Source: Escherichia coli
GTDB taxonomy: Bacteria; Pseudomonadota; Gammaproteobacteria; Enterobacterales; Enterobacteriaceae
Assembly (NCBI RefSeq): GCF_003334305.1
Contig: NZ_QOWS01000001.1
DNA: 64,000 nucleotides
Strand: one strand, 5' to 3'
The translations under genes and the position numbers were made by a program. How positions within the stretch are numbered: the stretch's first letter is position 1; each line of letters starts with the position of its first letter. Of the stretch, positions 1 to 11,323 are shown piece by piece. Below the pieces are notes generated by a model. It was not told where the DNA came from. It ran no database searches and was given only the letters and a program-made list of their open reading frames with translations.

Positions 1-267
1 ATTGCCGTCCGCACCTTTTTCCAGCACGGTATATAAATGGTTCTGTGCGCGGAGCTGGCTCATCAGTTGATCACCGCTGAACAAGCTGATTTCACAGATC
101 CCCCAGTCGCCGCCCTGGGCATTCAGCACACGATCGGTCAGTAACGCCTGATGAGCGCGGTGAAAGGCGCCAAAGCCAAAATGAACGATACGTGATTGCA
201 ACTGCTGGCGATCGTAGCGTGGAGCGTGTACATGATGCGGGAGCGTAACGGAGGCAATTGTCTTCAT
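1..267 (-). CDS. yeiQ: Mannitol dehydrogenase-family oxidoreductase YeiQ, N-terminal 89 codons only (gene continues beyond window start)
   Basis: Minus-strand ATG at 265-267; translation MKTIASVTLPHHVHAPRYDRQQLQSRIVHFGFGAFHRAHQA shows a Rossmann GxGxxxRxH motif; sits next to yeiP as in E. coli. Not in the ORF track because no stop lies inside the window. Confidence 0.75.
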   Translation of the reverse strand, partial: MKTIASVTLPHHVHAPRYDRQQLQSRIVHFGFGAFHRAHQALLTDRVLNAQGGDWGICEISLFSGDQLMSQLRAQNHLYTVLEKGADGN

Positions 268-489
268 AGGAGTCACGTCTTAGTAACGATAAATTAACAA
301 TGACAGTGTAAAGTTATATGACAGCAATTGAAATTGGTCTGGATTGTTAATGCGATGAAGTGTGAGGGCGATCAATCAACGAGTGAAAATTGAGGGCGTA
401 AGGTGTTCAGGAAGCGCAAAATAGAAGATTGGTATAATAAATTAAAAAAGGGACAGCCTGAGCTATCCCTTTTCTGCATGCGGCTGAAG

Positions 490-1062
490 TTAGTCAGCAC
501 GCCCCATATAACGGCGTTCTTCGATATGGATACGAATTTTTTCGCCCGGGCTTAAGTATTCTGGTACCTGAATCACCAGACCAGTGCTCAATGTCGCCGG
601 TTTGTTACGGGCGCTGGCAGATGCCCCTTTGATGCCTGGTGCGGTTTCAACGATTTCCAGATCAACGGTCTGCGGCAGCTCAAGCGCCAGCAGTTGACCG
701 TCCCAGGTCAGCACCTGCATGTCCGGCATGCCGCCCTCTGGCATAAACAGCAACTCTTCTTCAATCTGATCTTTGGTGAAGGTATACGGGGTATAGTCTT
801 CTTTATCCATAAAGACATATTCGTTGCCATCGACATAGGAGAAGTCAACGTAACGGCGGGTCAGCGTCACGGTGTCAACGATATCATCACCTTTGAAACG
901 CTCTTCTACTTTCAGCCCGGTACGGACATCAGAAAAACGCATTTTGTACAGCGTAGCGGCACCGCGGGCAGTGGGCGACTGAATATCAATATCCTTAACC
1001 AGCAGCAGTTTGCCGTTGTAATTCAGTACCATACCTTTTTTAATTTCGTTCGCTCTTGGCAT
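490..1062 (-). CDS. yeiP: Elongation factor P-like protein YeiP (EfpL), 190 aa
   Basis: ORF 490..1317 minus; internal start [22 protein letters not shown] at 1062 matches the EF-P family N-terminus and expected length. Confidence 0.9.
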
Positions 1063-1216
1063 CGAAAAATTCCTGTAGTCGAAAATGTCAAAAATATCGC
1101 GACAAAGTACTCGCGACGGGCCTTTCGGGCAAGTGGTATTCGCACTTTTGCTGGTGCAAAAAAGGTGGTACTGTGCGCGCTCATCAATCCGGTGGTTAAC
1201 CTTAAGAGAACAACGT

Positions 1217-1471
1217 ATGAAATGCCGTCTGGGTTGCGGGGCGTGTTGCACTGCCCCTTCAATTTCCAGCCCTATTCCCGGTATGCCAGATGGCAAGCCC
1301 GCCAATACGCCCTGCATTCAGCTTGATGAACAGCAACGCTGTAAAATTTTCACCTCGCCACTGCGACCGAAAGTCTGTGCAGGCTTACAAGCCAGCGCTG
1401 AAATGTGCGGTAACTCGCGTCAGCAGGCCATGACCTGGCTTATCGATCTGGAAATGCTGACCGCGCCTTAA
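1217..1471 (+). CDS. yeiW: Small Cys-rich protein YeiW (UPF0153 family), 84 aa
   Basis: ORF 1085..1471; internal ATG at 1217 gives [14 protein letters not shown]...; AAGAG Shine-Dalgarno upstream; 3' end overlaps setB by 4 nt convergently. Confidence 0.75.
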
Positions 1472-2649
1472 ACATCTTTAATCCGCAGTAAGCAAAACAG
1501 AGTGGCGATAATCATCACCATCGCAAACCAGAACACAGCGTGATAATTCCAGATCTCGGCGACGATGCCCGCCACTGATCCTGCGATGATCCAGCCCACG
1601 CGCGACGTGTTGGTATAGAGCGTGGTGGCTGAACCCGCCTGACCGGGCATCAGATCCTGAAAATAGAGCATCCCGATGCCGCCCAGAATGCCAATAAAAA
1701 TAGCATTTAGCAGCTGCAAGCCCAACAGAATGACAGGTGAATGCGCCATCAGCATTCCTGCGTAAAAACAGACGCCACCCACGGCAGCAACGCGCATTAA
1801 GAAACGCTTACCCAGACGTTTGGCGAAATATCCGGCAATCAACATCGTCGGGATTTCCAGCCCGGCGGCGGTCCCCATCATCACACCGGCCAGTTTCTCG
1901 GGAAGATGCAGTTCGTTGATAATAAATAGCGGCATGTTGATGATGTACAGGCTGTTCGAGCCCCACATCAATGTACAAATGACAAACAGCAGCAGCGTAT
2001 CGCGACGGTTACGGCGCGGCGCTTCGATCGTGCCGGTCGCCAGCGGAAGCTCTTTTTGCATCGACGGTAAAAACAGCCACACCATCACACCGCAAACAAT
2101 AAACGCTACCGCTGCGCTCAGATACATTACCGTAAAGCTGAAACCCATCGCTAAGGCATAAGCCAGCGGTGGGCCAATGACCCATGCCAGTGAAACCTGA
2201 GCGCGTAAAAAAGAGCTGAACATCACCGCCTCACGTCCGGTTTTGTCGGCATGTTCACGGGCAAGGGCAAACATTTGCGGGTTAGCGGTCGAGCCAAAGC
2301 TGCTAAGAAAGACGCCAACGAATAGCAAAACAAAGTAGTTGCGATTCCAGGCAAAAAGGGTGCAGGCCAGCACGCCTAACAGGCAGCAAAAGACAATCAG
2401 CGATTTGCGATCGCCGCGCTTATCAGAGCGCCCGGCGAGAAACTGACTTACCAGAATCCCAATGACAGCGCTGCCGGTAAAGAAGAATCCCACCATCGCC
2501 GGACGAGCATGTACTTCATCAGTAAGAAAAATACTGAGTGTCGGGGTTTGCAGAGCGCCCGCAATACCGGTGAGAAAGGCAACGATTAAAAACGCCGTCG
2601 AGGTCAGGTCAAACGATTTCGCGCTGGAGACTGCGGGGGAGTTATGCAT
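1468..2649 (-). CDS. setB: Sugar efflux transporter SetB (MFS), 393 aa
   Basis: 393-aa polytopic membrane ORF with MFS character; position between yeiW and fruB as in E. coli. Confidence 0.9.
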   Translation of the reverse strand: MHNSPAVSSAKSFDLTSTAFLIVAFLTGIAGALQTPTLSIFLTDEVHARPAMVGFFFTGSAVIGILVSQFLAGRSDKRGDRKSLIVFCCLLGVLACTLFAWNRNYFVLLFVGVFLSSFGSTANPQMFALAREHADKTGREAVMFSSFLRAQVSLAWVIGPPLAYALAMGFSFTVMYLSAAVAFIVCGVMVWLFLPSMQKELPLATGTIEAPRRNRRDTLLLFVICTLMWGSNSLYIINMPLFIINELHLPEKLAGVMMGTAAGLEIPTMLIAGYFAKRLGKRFLMRVAAVGGVCFYAGMLMAHSPVILLGLQLLNAIFIGILGGIGMLYFQDLMPGQAGSATTLYTNTSRVGWIIAGSVAGIVAEIWNYHAVFWFAMVMIIATLFCLLRIKDV

Positions 2650-2914
2650 GCTGGTCGATCACTGGAAGAGGAAGACGCGGAGTTTACGCTGCTTGTCAGA
2701 AAATAAACAGACAGCGAAATCAAAAGCGCCACGAATAATCAAAATGCCATTTCACTGTTGCTGATTGGCTGCTGACGCTGCTGAAATGAAATTGCTGATA
2801 ACGGATTTTCCCATCAGCAATTAGGAAAAATGGCAAAAAATTGTGCAGCACATCAAACTTTTGCTCATAACTTTACGGCTTTCCTTGCGTGCTGAAACAG
2901 AAGTATTATGCTTT

Positions 2915-2930
2915 CTTGAAACGTTTCAGC
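2915..2930. promoter_or_regulatory. Cra (FruR) operator-like palindrome upstream of fruB
   Basis: cTTGAAACGTTTCAgc perfect palindrome 87 bp upstream of the fruB ATG; a GCTGAAAC half-site also occurs at 2891-2898. Matches the remembered Cra box TGAAACGTTTCA. Confidence 0.55.
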
Positions 2931-3016
2931 GCGATCTTGTCTTTAACCCTAAGCCAGGTTGGCGCTTTTTTTCTCATAGAGGCTGAATCGTTTCAATTCA
3001 GCAAGAGAGGAGAACT

Positions 3017-4147
3017 ATGTTCCAGTTATCCGTACAGGACATCCATCCGGGCGAAAAGGCCGGAGACAAAGAAGAGGCGATTCGCCAGGTCGCTGCGGCG
3101 CTGGTGCAGGCCGGTAATGTAGCAGAAGGCTACGTCAATGGCATGCTGGCGCGCGAACAGCAAACCTCAACGTTCCTCGGCAATGGTATTGCTATTCCAC
3201 ACGGCACTACCGACACCCGCGATCAGGTGCTGAAAACCGGCGTTCAGGTATTTCAGTTCCCGGAAGGCGTCACCTGGGGTGACGGTCAGGTAGCGTACGT
3301 GGCAATCGGTATTGCTGCCAGCTCGGATGAACATCTGGGCCTGCTACGCCAGCTGACCCACGTACTGAGCGATGATTCCGTTGCTGAACAACTGAAGTCA
3401 GCAACAACAGCAGAAGAACTTCGCGCATTACTGATGGGCGAAAAGCAGAGTGAGCAGCTGAAGCTCGACAACGAAATGCTGACGCTGGATATCGTCGCCA
3501 GCGATCTGCTGACTCTTCAGGCGCTGAACGCTGCGCGTCTGAAAGAGGCGGGGGCAGTTGACGCCACTTTCGTCACCAAAGCCATCAATGAACAACCGCT
3601 GAATCTCGGACAGGGTATCTGGCTGAGCGATAGCGCCGAAGGCAATCTGCGTAGCGCGATTGCGGTAAGCCGTGCGGCAAATGCTTTTGATGTGGACGGC
3701 GAAACGGCAGCCATGCTGGTGAGTGTGGCGATGAATGACGATCAGCCCATCGCGGTTCTTAAGCGTCTCGCTGATTTATTGCTCGACAATAAAGCTGACC
3801 GCTTGCTGAAAGCGGATGCGGCAACGTTGCTGGCGCTGCTGACCAGCGATGATGCGCCGACCGACGACGTGTTAAGCGCGGAGTTTGTGGTGCGCAATGA
3901 ACACGGCCTGCATGCTCGTCCAGGTACCATGCTGGTCAATACCATTAAACAATTTAACAGTGATATTACCGTGACAAACCTTGATGGTACCGGCAAACCG
4001 GCAAACGGACGTAGTCTGATGAAAGTTGTGGCACTTGGCGTTAAGAAAGGTCATCGCCTACGCTTTACCGCCCAGGGTGCAGATGCTGAACAGGCGCTGA
4101 AAGCAATCGGCGACGCTATCGCTGCTGGTCTTGGGGAGGGCGCATAA
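3017..4147 (+). CDS. fruB: Fructose PTS diphosphoryl transfer protein FPr (FruB), 376 aa
   Basis: 376-aa ORF with an EIIA-like N-terminus and HPr-like C-terminus (GLHARPGT motif); first gene of the fruBKA order. Confidence 0.93.
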
Positions 4148-5085
4148 TGAGCAGACGTGTTGCTACTATCACCCTTAATCCGGCTTATGACCTTGTTGGT
4201 TTCTGCCCGGAAATTGAACGCGGCGAAGTGAACCTGGTGAAAACCACCGGTCTGCATGCGGCGGGTAAAGGCATCAACGTGGCCAAAGTATTAAAAGACC
4301 TGGGAATTGATGTCACCGTTGGCGGCTTCCTGGGTAAAGACAATCAGGATGGTTTTCAGCAACTGTTCAGCGAGCTGGGCATTGCCAACCGTTTCCAGGT
4401 TGTACAGGGGCGCACCCGAATTAACGTTAAGCTGACGGAAAAAGACGGCGAAGTGACCGACTTCAACTTCTCGGGTTTTGAAGTCACCCCCGCCGACTGG
4501 GAACGCTTTGTGACTGATTCTCTGAGCTGGCTCGGTCAGTTCGATATGGTCTGTGTCAGCGGAAGCTTACCGTCAGGCGTCAGCCCGGAAGCGTTCACCG
4601 ACTGGATGACTCGCCTGCGTAGTCAGTGTCCTTGCATTATCTTTGATAGTAGCCGTGAAGCGTTAGTAGCAGGTTTGAAAGCGGCACCGTGGCTGGTGAA
4701 ACCTAACCGCCGCGAGTTGGAAATCTGGGCAGGCCGTAAACTGCCTGAAATGAAAGATGTGATTGAAGCTGCACATGCGCTACGTGAACAAGGTATTGCG
4801 CATGTTGTTATTTCACTGGGTGCCGAAGGCGCGCTTTGGGTTAATGCCTCCGGCGAATGGATCGCCAAACCACCGTCAGTCGATGTCGTAAGCACCGTTG
4901 GCGCAGGGGATTCTATGGTTGGTGGCCTGATTTATGGCTTGCTGATGCGTGAATCCAGTGAACACACACTGCGTCTGGCGACTGCTGTTGCAGCCCTGGC
5001 GGTAAGTCAAAGCAATGTGGGTATTACCGATCGTCCGCAGTTGGCCGCAATGATGGCGCGCGTCGACTTACAACCTTTTAACTGA
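4147..5085 (+). CDS. fruK: 1-phosphofructokinase FruK, 312 aa
   Basis: pfkB-family kinase ORF; start overlaps the fruB stop (ATGA coupling). Confidence 0.93.
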   Translation: MSRRVATITLNPAYDLVGFCPEIERGEVNLVKTTGLHAAGKGINVAKVLKDLGIDVTVGGFLGKDNQDGFQQLFSELGIANRFQVVQGRTRINVKLTEKDGEVTDFNFSGFEVTPADWERFVTDSLSWLGQFDMVCVSGSLPSGVSPEAFTDWMTRLRSQCPCIIFDSSREALVAGLKAAPWLVKPNRRELEIWAGRKLPEMKDVIEAAHALREQGIAHVVISLGAEGALWVNASGEWIAKPPSVDVVSTVGAGDSMVGGLIYGLLMRESSEHTLRLATAVAALAVSQSNVGITDRPQLAAMMARVDLQPFN

Positions 5086-5101
5086 CAGCAGGAGAGGCAT
5101 A

Positions 5102-6793
5102 ATGAAAACGCTGCTGATTATTGACGCTAATCTCGGTCAGGCACGCGCCTATATGGCGAAGACCCTGCTGGGCGCGGCGGCGCGAAAAGCAAAACTGGAA
5201 ATCATCGACAATCCGAACGACGCAGAAATGGCGATTGTTCTCGGTGATTCCATCCCGAATGACAGCGCGCTGAACGGTAAAAATGTCTGGCTGGGTGATA
5301 TTTCCCGGGCAGTTGCGCACCCTGAGCTGTTCCTGAGTGAAGCCAAAGGCCATGCGAAACCTTACACTGCGCCGGTCACTGCGACAGCACCGGTTGCCGC
5401 CAGCGGTCCGAAACGCGTAGTTGCGGTGACTGCTTGCCCGACTGGCGTAGCACACACCTTTATGGCGGCTGAAGCCATTGAAACCGAAGCGAAAAAACGT
5501 GGCTGGTGGGTGAAAGTTGAAACCCGTGGTTCTGTTGGCGCGGGTAATGCAATCACTCCCGAGGAAGTAGCCGCAGCGGATCTGGTGATTGTGGCGGCAG
5601 ATATCGAAGTGGATCTGGCGAAATTTGCTGGTAAACCGATGTATCGTACCTCTACCGGTCTGGCGCTGAAGAAAACCGCGCAGGAACTGGATAAAGCGGT
5701 TGCTGAAGCAACGCCGTATGAACCGGCGGGCAAAACTCAAACGGCGACCACTGAAGGTAAGAAAGAGAGTGCAGGCGCTTATCGTCACTTGCTAACGGGC
5801 GTCTCTTACATGCTGCCGATGGTCGTTGCTGGTGGTCTGTGTATCGCGCTTTCTTTTGCTTTTGGTATCGAAGCGTTTAAAGAGCCGGGTACGTTGGCAG
5901 CGGCGCTGATGCAGATTGGTGGTGGTTCAGCCTTTGCGCTGATGGTACCGGTACTGGCAGGTTATATTGCCTTTTCCATTGCCGATCGTCCGGGCCTCAC
6001 GCCGGGTCTGATTGGCGGTATGCTGGCGGTCAGCACCGGTTCTGGCTTCATTGGTGGTATTATTGCGGGCTTCCTGGCTGGTTACATTGCGAAGTTAATC
6101 AGTACGCAATTGAAACTGCCACAGAGTATGGAGGCGCTGAAACCGATCCTGATCATTCCGCTAATTTCCAGTCTGGTGGTCGGTCTGGCGATGATCTACC
6201 TGATCGGTAAACCGGTTGCTGGCATTCTCGAAGGGTTGACTCACTGGCTGCAGACCATGGGGACTGCGAATGCGGTTCTGCTGGGGGCGATCCTCGGTGG
6301 CATGATGTGTACTGACATGGGCGGTCCGGTAAATAAAGCAGCGTACGCATTCGGTGTGGGTCTGCTGAGTACTCAAACCTATGGCCCGATGGCGGCGATT
6401 ATGGCGGCAGGTATGGTGCCACCGCTGGCAATGGGCCTGGCAACAATGGTGGCGCGTCGCAAATTCGACAAAGCGCAGCAGGAAGGTGGCAAAGCCGCTC
6501 TGGTACTGGGACTGTGCTTTATTTCGGAAGGTGCAATTCCGTTTGCTGCTCGTGATCCGATGCGTGTGCTGCCGTGCTGTATCGTGGGTGGGGCGCTGAC
6601 TGGCGCAATCTCAATGGCGATTGGTGCGAAACTGATGGCACCGCACGGTGGTCTGTTTGTTCTGCTGATCCCTGGCGCTATTACGCCGGTATTGGGTTAC
6701 CTGGTAGCAATTATTGCCGGTACGCTGGTGGCGGGTTTGGCCTATGCCTTCCTGAAACGTCCGGAAGTGGACGCAGTAGCGAAAGCAGCGTAA
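5102..6793 (+). CDS. fruA: Fructose-specific PTS EIIB'BC component FruA, 563 aa
   Basis: 563-aa ORF with an N-terminal EIIB-like region and a C-terminal polytopic membrane domain. Confidence 0.93.
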   Translation: MKTLLIIDANLGQARAYMAKTLLGAAARKAKLEIIDNPNDAEMAIVLGDSIPNDSALNGKNVWLGDISRAVAHPELFLSEAKGHAKPYTAPVTATAPVAASGPKRVVAVTACPTGVAHTFMAAEAIETEAKKRGWWVKVETRGSVGAGNAITPEEVAAADLVIVAADIEVDLAKFAGKPMYRTSTGLALKKTAQELDKAVAEATPYEPAGKTQTATTEGKKESAGAYRHLLTGVSYMLPMVVAGGLCIALSFAFGIEAFKEPGTLAAALMQIGGGSAFALMVPVLAGYIAFSIADRPGLTPGLIGGMLAVSTGSGFIGGIIAGFLAGYIAKLISTQLKLPQSMEALKPILIIPLISSLVVGLAMIYLIGKPVAGILEGLTHWLQTMGTANAVLLGAILGGMMCTDMGGPVNKAAYAFGVGLLSTQTYGPMAAIMAAGMVPPLAMGLATMVARRKFDKAQQEGGKAALVLGLCFISEGAIPFAARDPMRVLPCCIVGGALTGAISMAIGAKLMAPHGGLFVLLIPGAITPVLGYLVAIIAGTLVAGLAYAFLKRPEVDAVAKAA

Positions 6794-6950
6794 TAAAAGG
6801 TGTGTTACAGGGCAGAAATTTCCTGCCCTGTATCATTGGATGAGCGCAAAGGGAATGACCGGTTTGTAAATGTAATTTTATGAATTTAAATGGTTTTATC
6901 TTTCAGTAGAAACCTGAAACGTTCATCAAACACTAAGGTTATTTCCTCAA

Positions 6951-6976
6951 GGGCAGATTATTTTCTGCCCTTTTTT
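6951..6976 (+). terminator. Rho-independent terminator downstream of fruA
   Basis: GGGCAGA-ttatttt-TCTGCCC hairpin followed by TTTTTT. Confidence 0.6.
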
Positions 6977-7116
6977 AGTGTTCCTGTTCTGTGCATCCCG
7001 TCACAAATTCCTCGCTTTTGTAATTCAGGCATTTAATCGCATTTTGTGAGCCTGCTCAAATCTGCCCATTTTGCCTCTCTGGCGGTAATTTACTTTACGT
7101 AAAACATGCATACTAT

Positions 7117-7150
7117 GAGCACATGTTTAAATATGAACACATGTTTAAAC
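7117..7150. promoter_or_regulatory. Tandem direct repeat (2 x 16 bp) in the psuK upstream region, candidate regulator binding site
   Basis: gagcACATGTTTAAAt and gaacACATGTTTAAAc, 2 bp apart, about 70 bp upstream of the psuK ATG; function unknown. Confidence 0.3.
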
Positions 7151-7216
7151 CGTCTTTGCAGTATCTATATTCTTGTGGATTGACAGGGTTGGTAATTTTT
7201 TACCAGAGGACGTGCT

Positions 7217-8158
7217 ATGCGCGAAAAGGATTATGTCGTAATTATAGGTTCGGCGAATATTGATGTCGCCGGATATTCACATGAATCATTAAATTATGCG
7301 GATTCAAATCCAGGTAAAATAAAATTTACGCCTGGTGGAGTAGGGCGCAATATTGCACAAAACCTGGCGTTGCTGGGTAACAAAGCCTGGCTACTGAGCG
7401 CAGTAGGCAGTGATTTTTATGGTCAATCGCTGCTAACGCAAACCAATCAATCTGGCGTTTATGTCGATAAATGCCTGATTGTGCCGGGAGAAAATACGTC
7501 TAGTTATTTATCATTACTCGATAATACCGGTGAAATGCTGGTTGCTATAAATGACATGAATATTAGCAACGCTATTACAGCTGAATATCTCGCACAGCAC
7601 CGTGAATTTATTCAGAGGGCAAAGGTCATTGTCGCAGACTGTAATATCAGTGAAGAGGCACTGGCATGGATTCTGGATAATGCCGCCAACGTACCCGTAT
7701 TTGTCGATCCGGTTTCAGCGTGGAAATGTGTCAAAGTGCGCGACCGTCTAAATCAGATCCACACTCTGAATCCAAACCGCCTTGAAGCGGAAACACTGAG
7801 TGGGATTGCGCTGTCAGGGCGTGAAGATGTGGCAAAAGTTGCTGCCTGGTTCCATCAACATGGCCTGAACCGACTGGTATTGAGCATGGGCGGCGATGGC
7901 GTTTATTACAGTGATATCAGCGGTGAAAGTGGCTGGTCTGCCCCGATCAAAACCAATGTTATTAATGTTACCGGAGCGGGCGATGCCATGATGGCGGGAC
8001 TTGCTTCGTGTTGGGTAGACGGAATGCCGTTTGCCGAATCTGTTCGTTTCGCACAGGGATGTTCGTCAATGGCGCTCTCCTGTGAATACACCAATAACCC
8101 CGATTTATCGATTGCCAACGTTATATCGTTAGTGGAGAACGCAGAATGTCTGAATTAA
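7217..8158 (+). CDS. psuK: Pseudouridine kinase PsuK (YeiC), 313 aa
   Basis: pfkB-family sugar/nucleoside kinase (GAGDAMMAG motif); overlaps psuG. Confidence 0.9.
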   Translation: MREKDYVVIIGSANIDVAGYSHESLNYADSNPGKIKFTPGGVGRNIAQNLALLGNKAWLLSAVGSDFYGQSLLTQTNQSGVYVDKCLIVPGENTSSYLSLLDNTGEMLVAINDMNISNAITAEYLAQHREFIQRAKVIVADCNISEEALAWILDNAANVPVFVDPVSAWKCVKVRDRLNQIHTLNPNRLEAETLSGIALSGREDVAKVAAWFHQHGLNRLVLSMGGDGVYYSDISGESGWSAPIKTNVINVTGAGDAMMAGLASCWVDGMPFAESVRFAQGCSSMALSCEYTNNPDLSIANVISLVENAECLN

Positions 8159-9084
8159 AAATTTCCCCTGAATTATTACAAATTTCCCCGGAAGTGCAGG
8201 ACGCTTTAAAAAACAAAAAACCGGTTGTGGCGCTGGAATCGACCATTATTTCTCACGGGATGCCGTTCCCACAAAATGCCCAGACCGCAATTGAAGTAGA
8301 AGAAACTATTCGTAAACAGGGCGCAGTACCTGCCACTATCGCCATTATTGGCGGCGTGATGAAAGTGGGTTTAAGCAAAGAAGAAATTGAATTACTGGGT
8401 CGTGAAGGGCATAACGTGACCAAAGTTAGTCGTCGCGATTTACCTTTTGTTGTTGCCGCCGGAAAAAATGGCGCAACCACTGTGGCTTCAACGATGATTA
8501 TTGCGGCGCTTGCCGGAATTAAAGTATTTGCCACCGGGGGAATTGGTGGTGTGCATCGCGGGGCGGAACATACCTTCGATATTTCTGCCGATTTGCAAGA
8601 ACTGGCAAATACTAATGTCACCGTTGTTTGTGCCGGGGCGAAATCTATTCTCGATTTAGGATTAACAACAGAATATTTAGAAACCTTCGGTGTGCCGTTA
8701 ATTGGCTATCAGACAAAAGCGCTGCCTGCGTTTTTCTGCCGTACCAGCCCATTTGAAGTCAGTATTCGCCTTGATAGTGCCACGGAAATCGCTCGTGCAA
8801 TGGCAGTGAAATGGCAAACCGGTTTGAACGGCGGCCTGGTAGTGGCGAATCCGATCCCGGAACAGTTTGCGATGCCGGAGGAATCTATCAATGCAGCCAT
8901 AGATCAAGCCGTCGCCGAAGCCGAAGAGCAGGGCGTTATTGGTAAAGAAAGTACACCGTTCCTGCTGGCGCGCGTTGCTGAGCTGACCGGCGGTGACAGC
9001 CTGAAATCCAATATCCAGCTGGTGTTCAACAACGCCATTCTGGCGAGTGAAATTGCCAAAGAATACCAGCGTCTCGCGGGTTAA
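8146..9084 (+). CDS. psuG: Pseudouridine-5'-phosphate glycosidase PsuG (YeiN), 312 aa
   Basis: 312-aa ORF overlapping the psuK 3' end by 13 nt; position and length match YeiN. Confidence 0.9.
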   Translation: MSELKISPELLQISPEVQDALKNKKPVVALESTIISHGMPFPQNAQTAIEVEETIRKQGAVPATIAIIGGVMKVGLSKEEIELLGREGHNVTKVSRRDLPFVVAAGKNGATTVASTMIIAALAGIKVFATGGIGGVHRGAEHTFDISADLQELANTNVTVVCAGAKSILDLGLTTEYLETFGVPLIGYQTKALPAFFCRTSPFEVSIRLDSATEIARAMAVKWQTGLNGGLVVANPIPEQFAMPEESINAAIDQAVAEAEEQGVIGKESTPFLLARVAELTGGDSLKSNIQLVFNNAILASEIAKEYQRLAG

Positions 9085-9177
9085 TTTCTGACGGGCAGAA
9101 AGCCGTCGCCCGTACTCATCAAGCATACCAAAACCTGGCGCTGACGCCGGGTTTACTGGCATGAAGGGAAAATCATT

Positions 9178-10428
9178 ATGGATATAATGAGAAGTGTTGT
9201 GGGGATGGTGGTGTTACTGGCAATAGCATTTCTGTTGTCAGTGAATAAAAAGAGCATCAGTTTGCGCACGGTTGGAGCCGCACTGCTGCTGCAAATCGCT
9301 ATTGGTGGCATCATGCTCTACTTCCCACCGGGAAAGTGGGCAGTAGAACAGGCGGCATTAGGCGTTCATAAAGTGATGTCTTACAGTGATGCCGGTAGCG
9401 CCTTCATTTTTGGTTCGCTGGTTGGGCCGAAAATGGATGTCCTGTTTGACGGTGCGGGTTTTATCTTCGCCTTTCGCGTACTTCCGGCGATTATTTTCGT
9501 TACTGCGCTCATCAGTCTGCTGTACTACATTGGCGTGATGGGGCTGCTGATTCGCATCCTTGGCAGCATTTTCCAGAAAGCTCTTAACATCAGCAAAATC
9601 GAATCTTTTGTCGCAGTCACAACTATTTTCCTCGGGCAAAATGAGATCCCGGCGATCGTTAAACCGTTTATCGATCGCATGAATCGCAACGAGTTGTTTA
9701 CCGCAATTTGTAGCGGGATGGCGTCCATTGCTGGTTCGATGATGATTGGTTATGCCGGAATGGGCGTACCAATTGACTACCTGTTAGCGGCATCGCTGAT
9801 GGCGATCCCAGGTGGTATTTTGTTTGCACGTATTCTTAGCCCGGCCACCGAGCCTTCACAGGTCACATTTGAAAATCTGTCGTTCAGCGAAACGCCGCCA
9901 AAAAGCTTTATCGAAGCGGCGGCGAGCGGTGCGATGACCGGGCTGAAAATCGCCGCTGGTGTAGCGACGGTGGTAATGGCGTTTGTCGCAATTATTGCGC
10001 TGATCAACGGCATTATCGGCGGAATTGGTGGCTGGTTTGGTTTCGCCAATGCCTCTCTGGAAAGTATTTTTGGCTATGTGCTGGCACCGCTGGCGTGGAT
10101 CATGGGTGTGGACTGGAGTGATGCCAATCTTGCGGGTAGCCTGATTGGGCAGAAACTGGCGATTAACGAATTCGTCGCTTACCTGAGTTTCTCCCCATAC
10201 CTGCAAACGGGCGGCACGCTGGAAGTGAAAACCATTGCGATTATCTCCTTTGCGCTTTGTGGTTTTGCTAACTTTGGTTCTATCGGTGTTGTCGTTGGCG
10301 CATTTTCGGCTATTTCGCCAAAACGCGCGCCGGAAATCGCCCAGCTTGGTTTACGGGCGCTGGCAGCAGCAACGCTTTCCAACCTGATGAGTGCGACCAT
10401 TGCCGGGTTCTTTATTGGTTTAGCTTGA
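9178..10428 (+). CDS. psuT: NupC-family nucleoside transporter PsuT (YeiM), 416 aa
   Basis: 416-aa polytopic membrane protein; very similar to the ORF at 12365..13615. Confidence 0.9.
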   Translation: MDIMRSVVGMVVLLAIAFLLSVNKKSISLRTVGAALLLQIAIGGIMLYFPPGKWAVEQAALGVHKVMSYSDAGSAFIFGSLVGPKMDVLFDGAGFIFAFRVLPAIIFVTALISLLYYIGVMGLLIRILGSIFQKALNISKIESFVAVTTIFLGQNEIPAIVKPFIDRMNRNELFTAICSGMASIAGSMMIGYAGMGVPIDYLLAASLMAIPGGILFARILSPATEPSQVTFENLSFSETPPKSFIEAAASGAMTGLKIAAGVATVVMAFVAIIALINGIIGGIGGWFGFANASLESIFGYVLAPLAWIMGVDWSDANLAGSLIGQKLAINEFVAYLSFSPYLQTGGTLEVKTIAIISFALCGFANFGSIGVVVGAFSAISPKRAPEIAQLGLRALAAATLSNLMSATIAGFFIGLA

Positions 10429-10433
10429 GTTTC

Positions 10434-10473
10434 ATTGCCGGATGTATGCGCTTATTAAGTGTTGCATCCGGCA
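10434..10473. repeat. REP-like palindromic element between convergent psuT and yeiL
   Basis: TTGCCGGATG ... CATCCGGCAA inverted repeat typical of REP units. Confidence 0.5.
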
Positions 10474-10495
10474 ATCGCGCTATTGCAAATAATTT

Positions 10496-11155
10496 TTACT
10501 GCATCATCCCGGAGAATTTATTCTCCGGGTCCATCTCCAGCGCCAGTCCTGACAACTGCTTTCTGTTTTTAATTAGATACCCTTTCTTGCTTTTAATTAA
10601 TAAACCGTCGTGAATGAATTGCGCGAGAACATATAAAAGATGTCGATAAGAAACGCCTAAATACTCTGCCGCTTGCGTATGCTTTTCGTGATAAAGATCA
10701 CCTTCCTGCGAGAGTAATATAAATGCTGCCAGGCGATTCACTAACGGAAATGATTGATTCTGAGTTAAAGAAACAATATTACGATAATTTTTATGACTTA
10801 AGGTGACGCAGAGTTTTCGTAAAAATAGCGTGTCGTTTAATAACCGCGGGCGGTAATGTTTCATAGGGAGCGCAAGGCACCAACACTCTTCAATAGCCTG
10901 CACCGCACGCGGTTCATGGTCTTTGTCAATTAACTCAATCTCGCCAATAAAACAGGGGGCGGCAAAGAAATCGATCAGCGACACGCGACCATTAGCTAGC
11001 GTGGCGTAAAGCCTGGCGCGGCCTCGCGTCAGGTAAAACAGCCAGGACGGCTGTTGCCCTTCCTGCACAATGTAGTCACGCGCTAAAAAATGAAACAGCC
11101 GCGTATCGGCTGAAACATCCGTTAAAAAGCAATCCTTAAACGCGGATTCACTCAT
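10496..11155 (-). CDS. yeiL: CRP/FNR-family transcriptional regulator YeiL, 219 aa
   Basis: ORF 10496..11194; start placed at internal ATG 11155 ([10 protein letters not shown]...) to give the expected 219 aa; cNMP-binding fold followed by an HTH. Confidence 0.85.
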   Translation of the reverse strand: MSESAFKDCFLTDVSADTRLFHFLARDYIVQEGQQPSWLFYLTRGRARLYATLANGRVSLIDFFAAPCFIGEIELIDKDHEPRAVQAIEECWCLALPMKHYRPRLLNDTLFLRKLCVTLSHKNYRNIVSLTQNQSFPLVNRLAAFILLSQEGDLYHEKHTQAAEYLGVSYRHLLYVLAQFIHDGLLIKSKKGYLIKNRKQLSGLALEMDPENKFSGMMQ

Positions 11156-11323
11156 CAATTGCTGCTTAAGATCATTATTGTGGATTTCTTTCACGATGTT
11201 TATCCGCTATGAGATTTCTCATATTTAGCATACGTACGCGGTTGGTAAGATTCAATCATCGGCCCGGTCGAATTTTCTTTGCTGTAGAAAAAATAACGCA
11301 ACTGGAAACAGAGGAAATAAACA

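Noticed and set aside
694-1326. Long opposite-strand ORFs inside well-supported genes (for example 694..1326 opposite yeiP, 5078..5788 opposite fruA, 44984..45589 and 45653..46645 opposite bglX, 15900..16502 opposite yeiH, 20778..21191 opposite cirA)
   Set aside because: Shadow ORFs within confidently identified genes; low-complexity or Arg-rich translations with no independent start signals.
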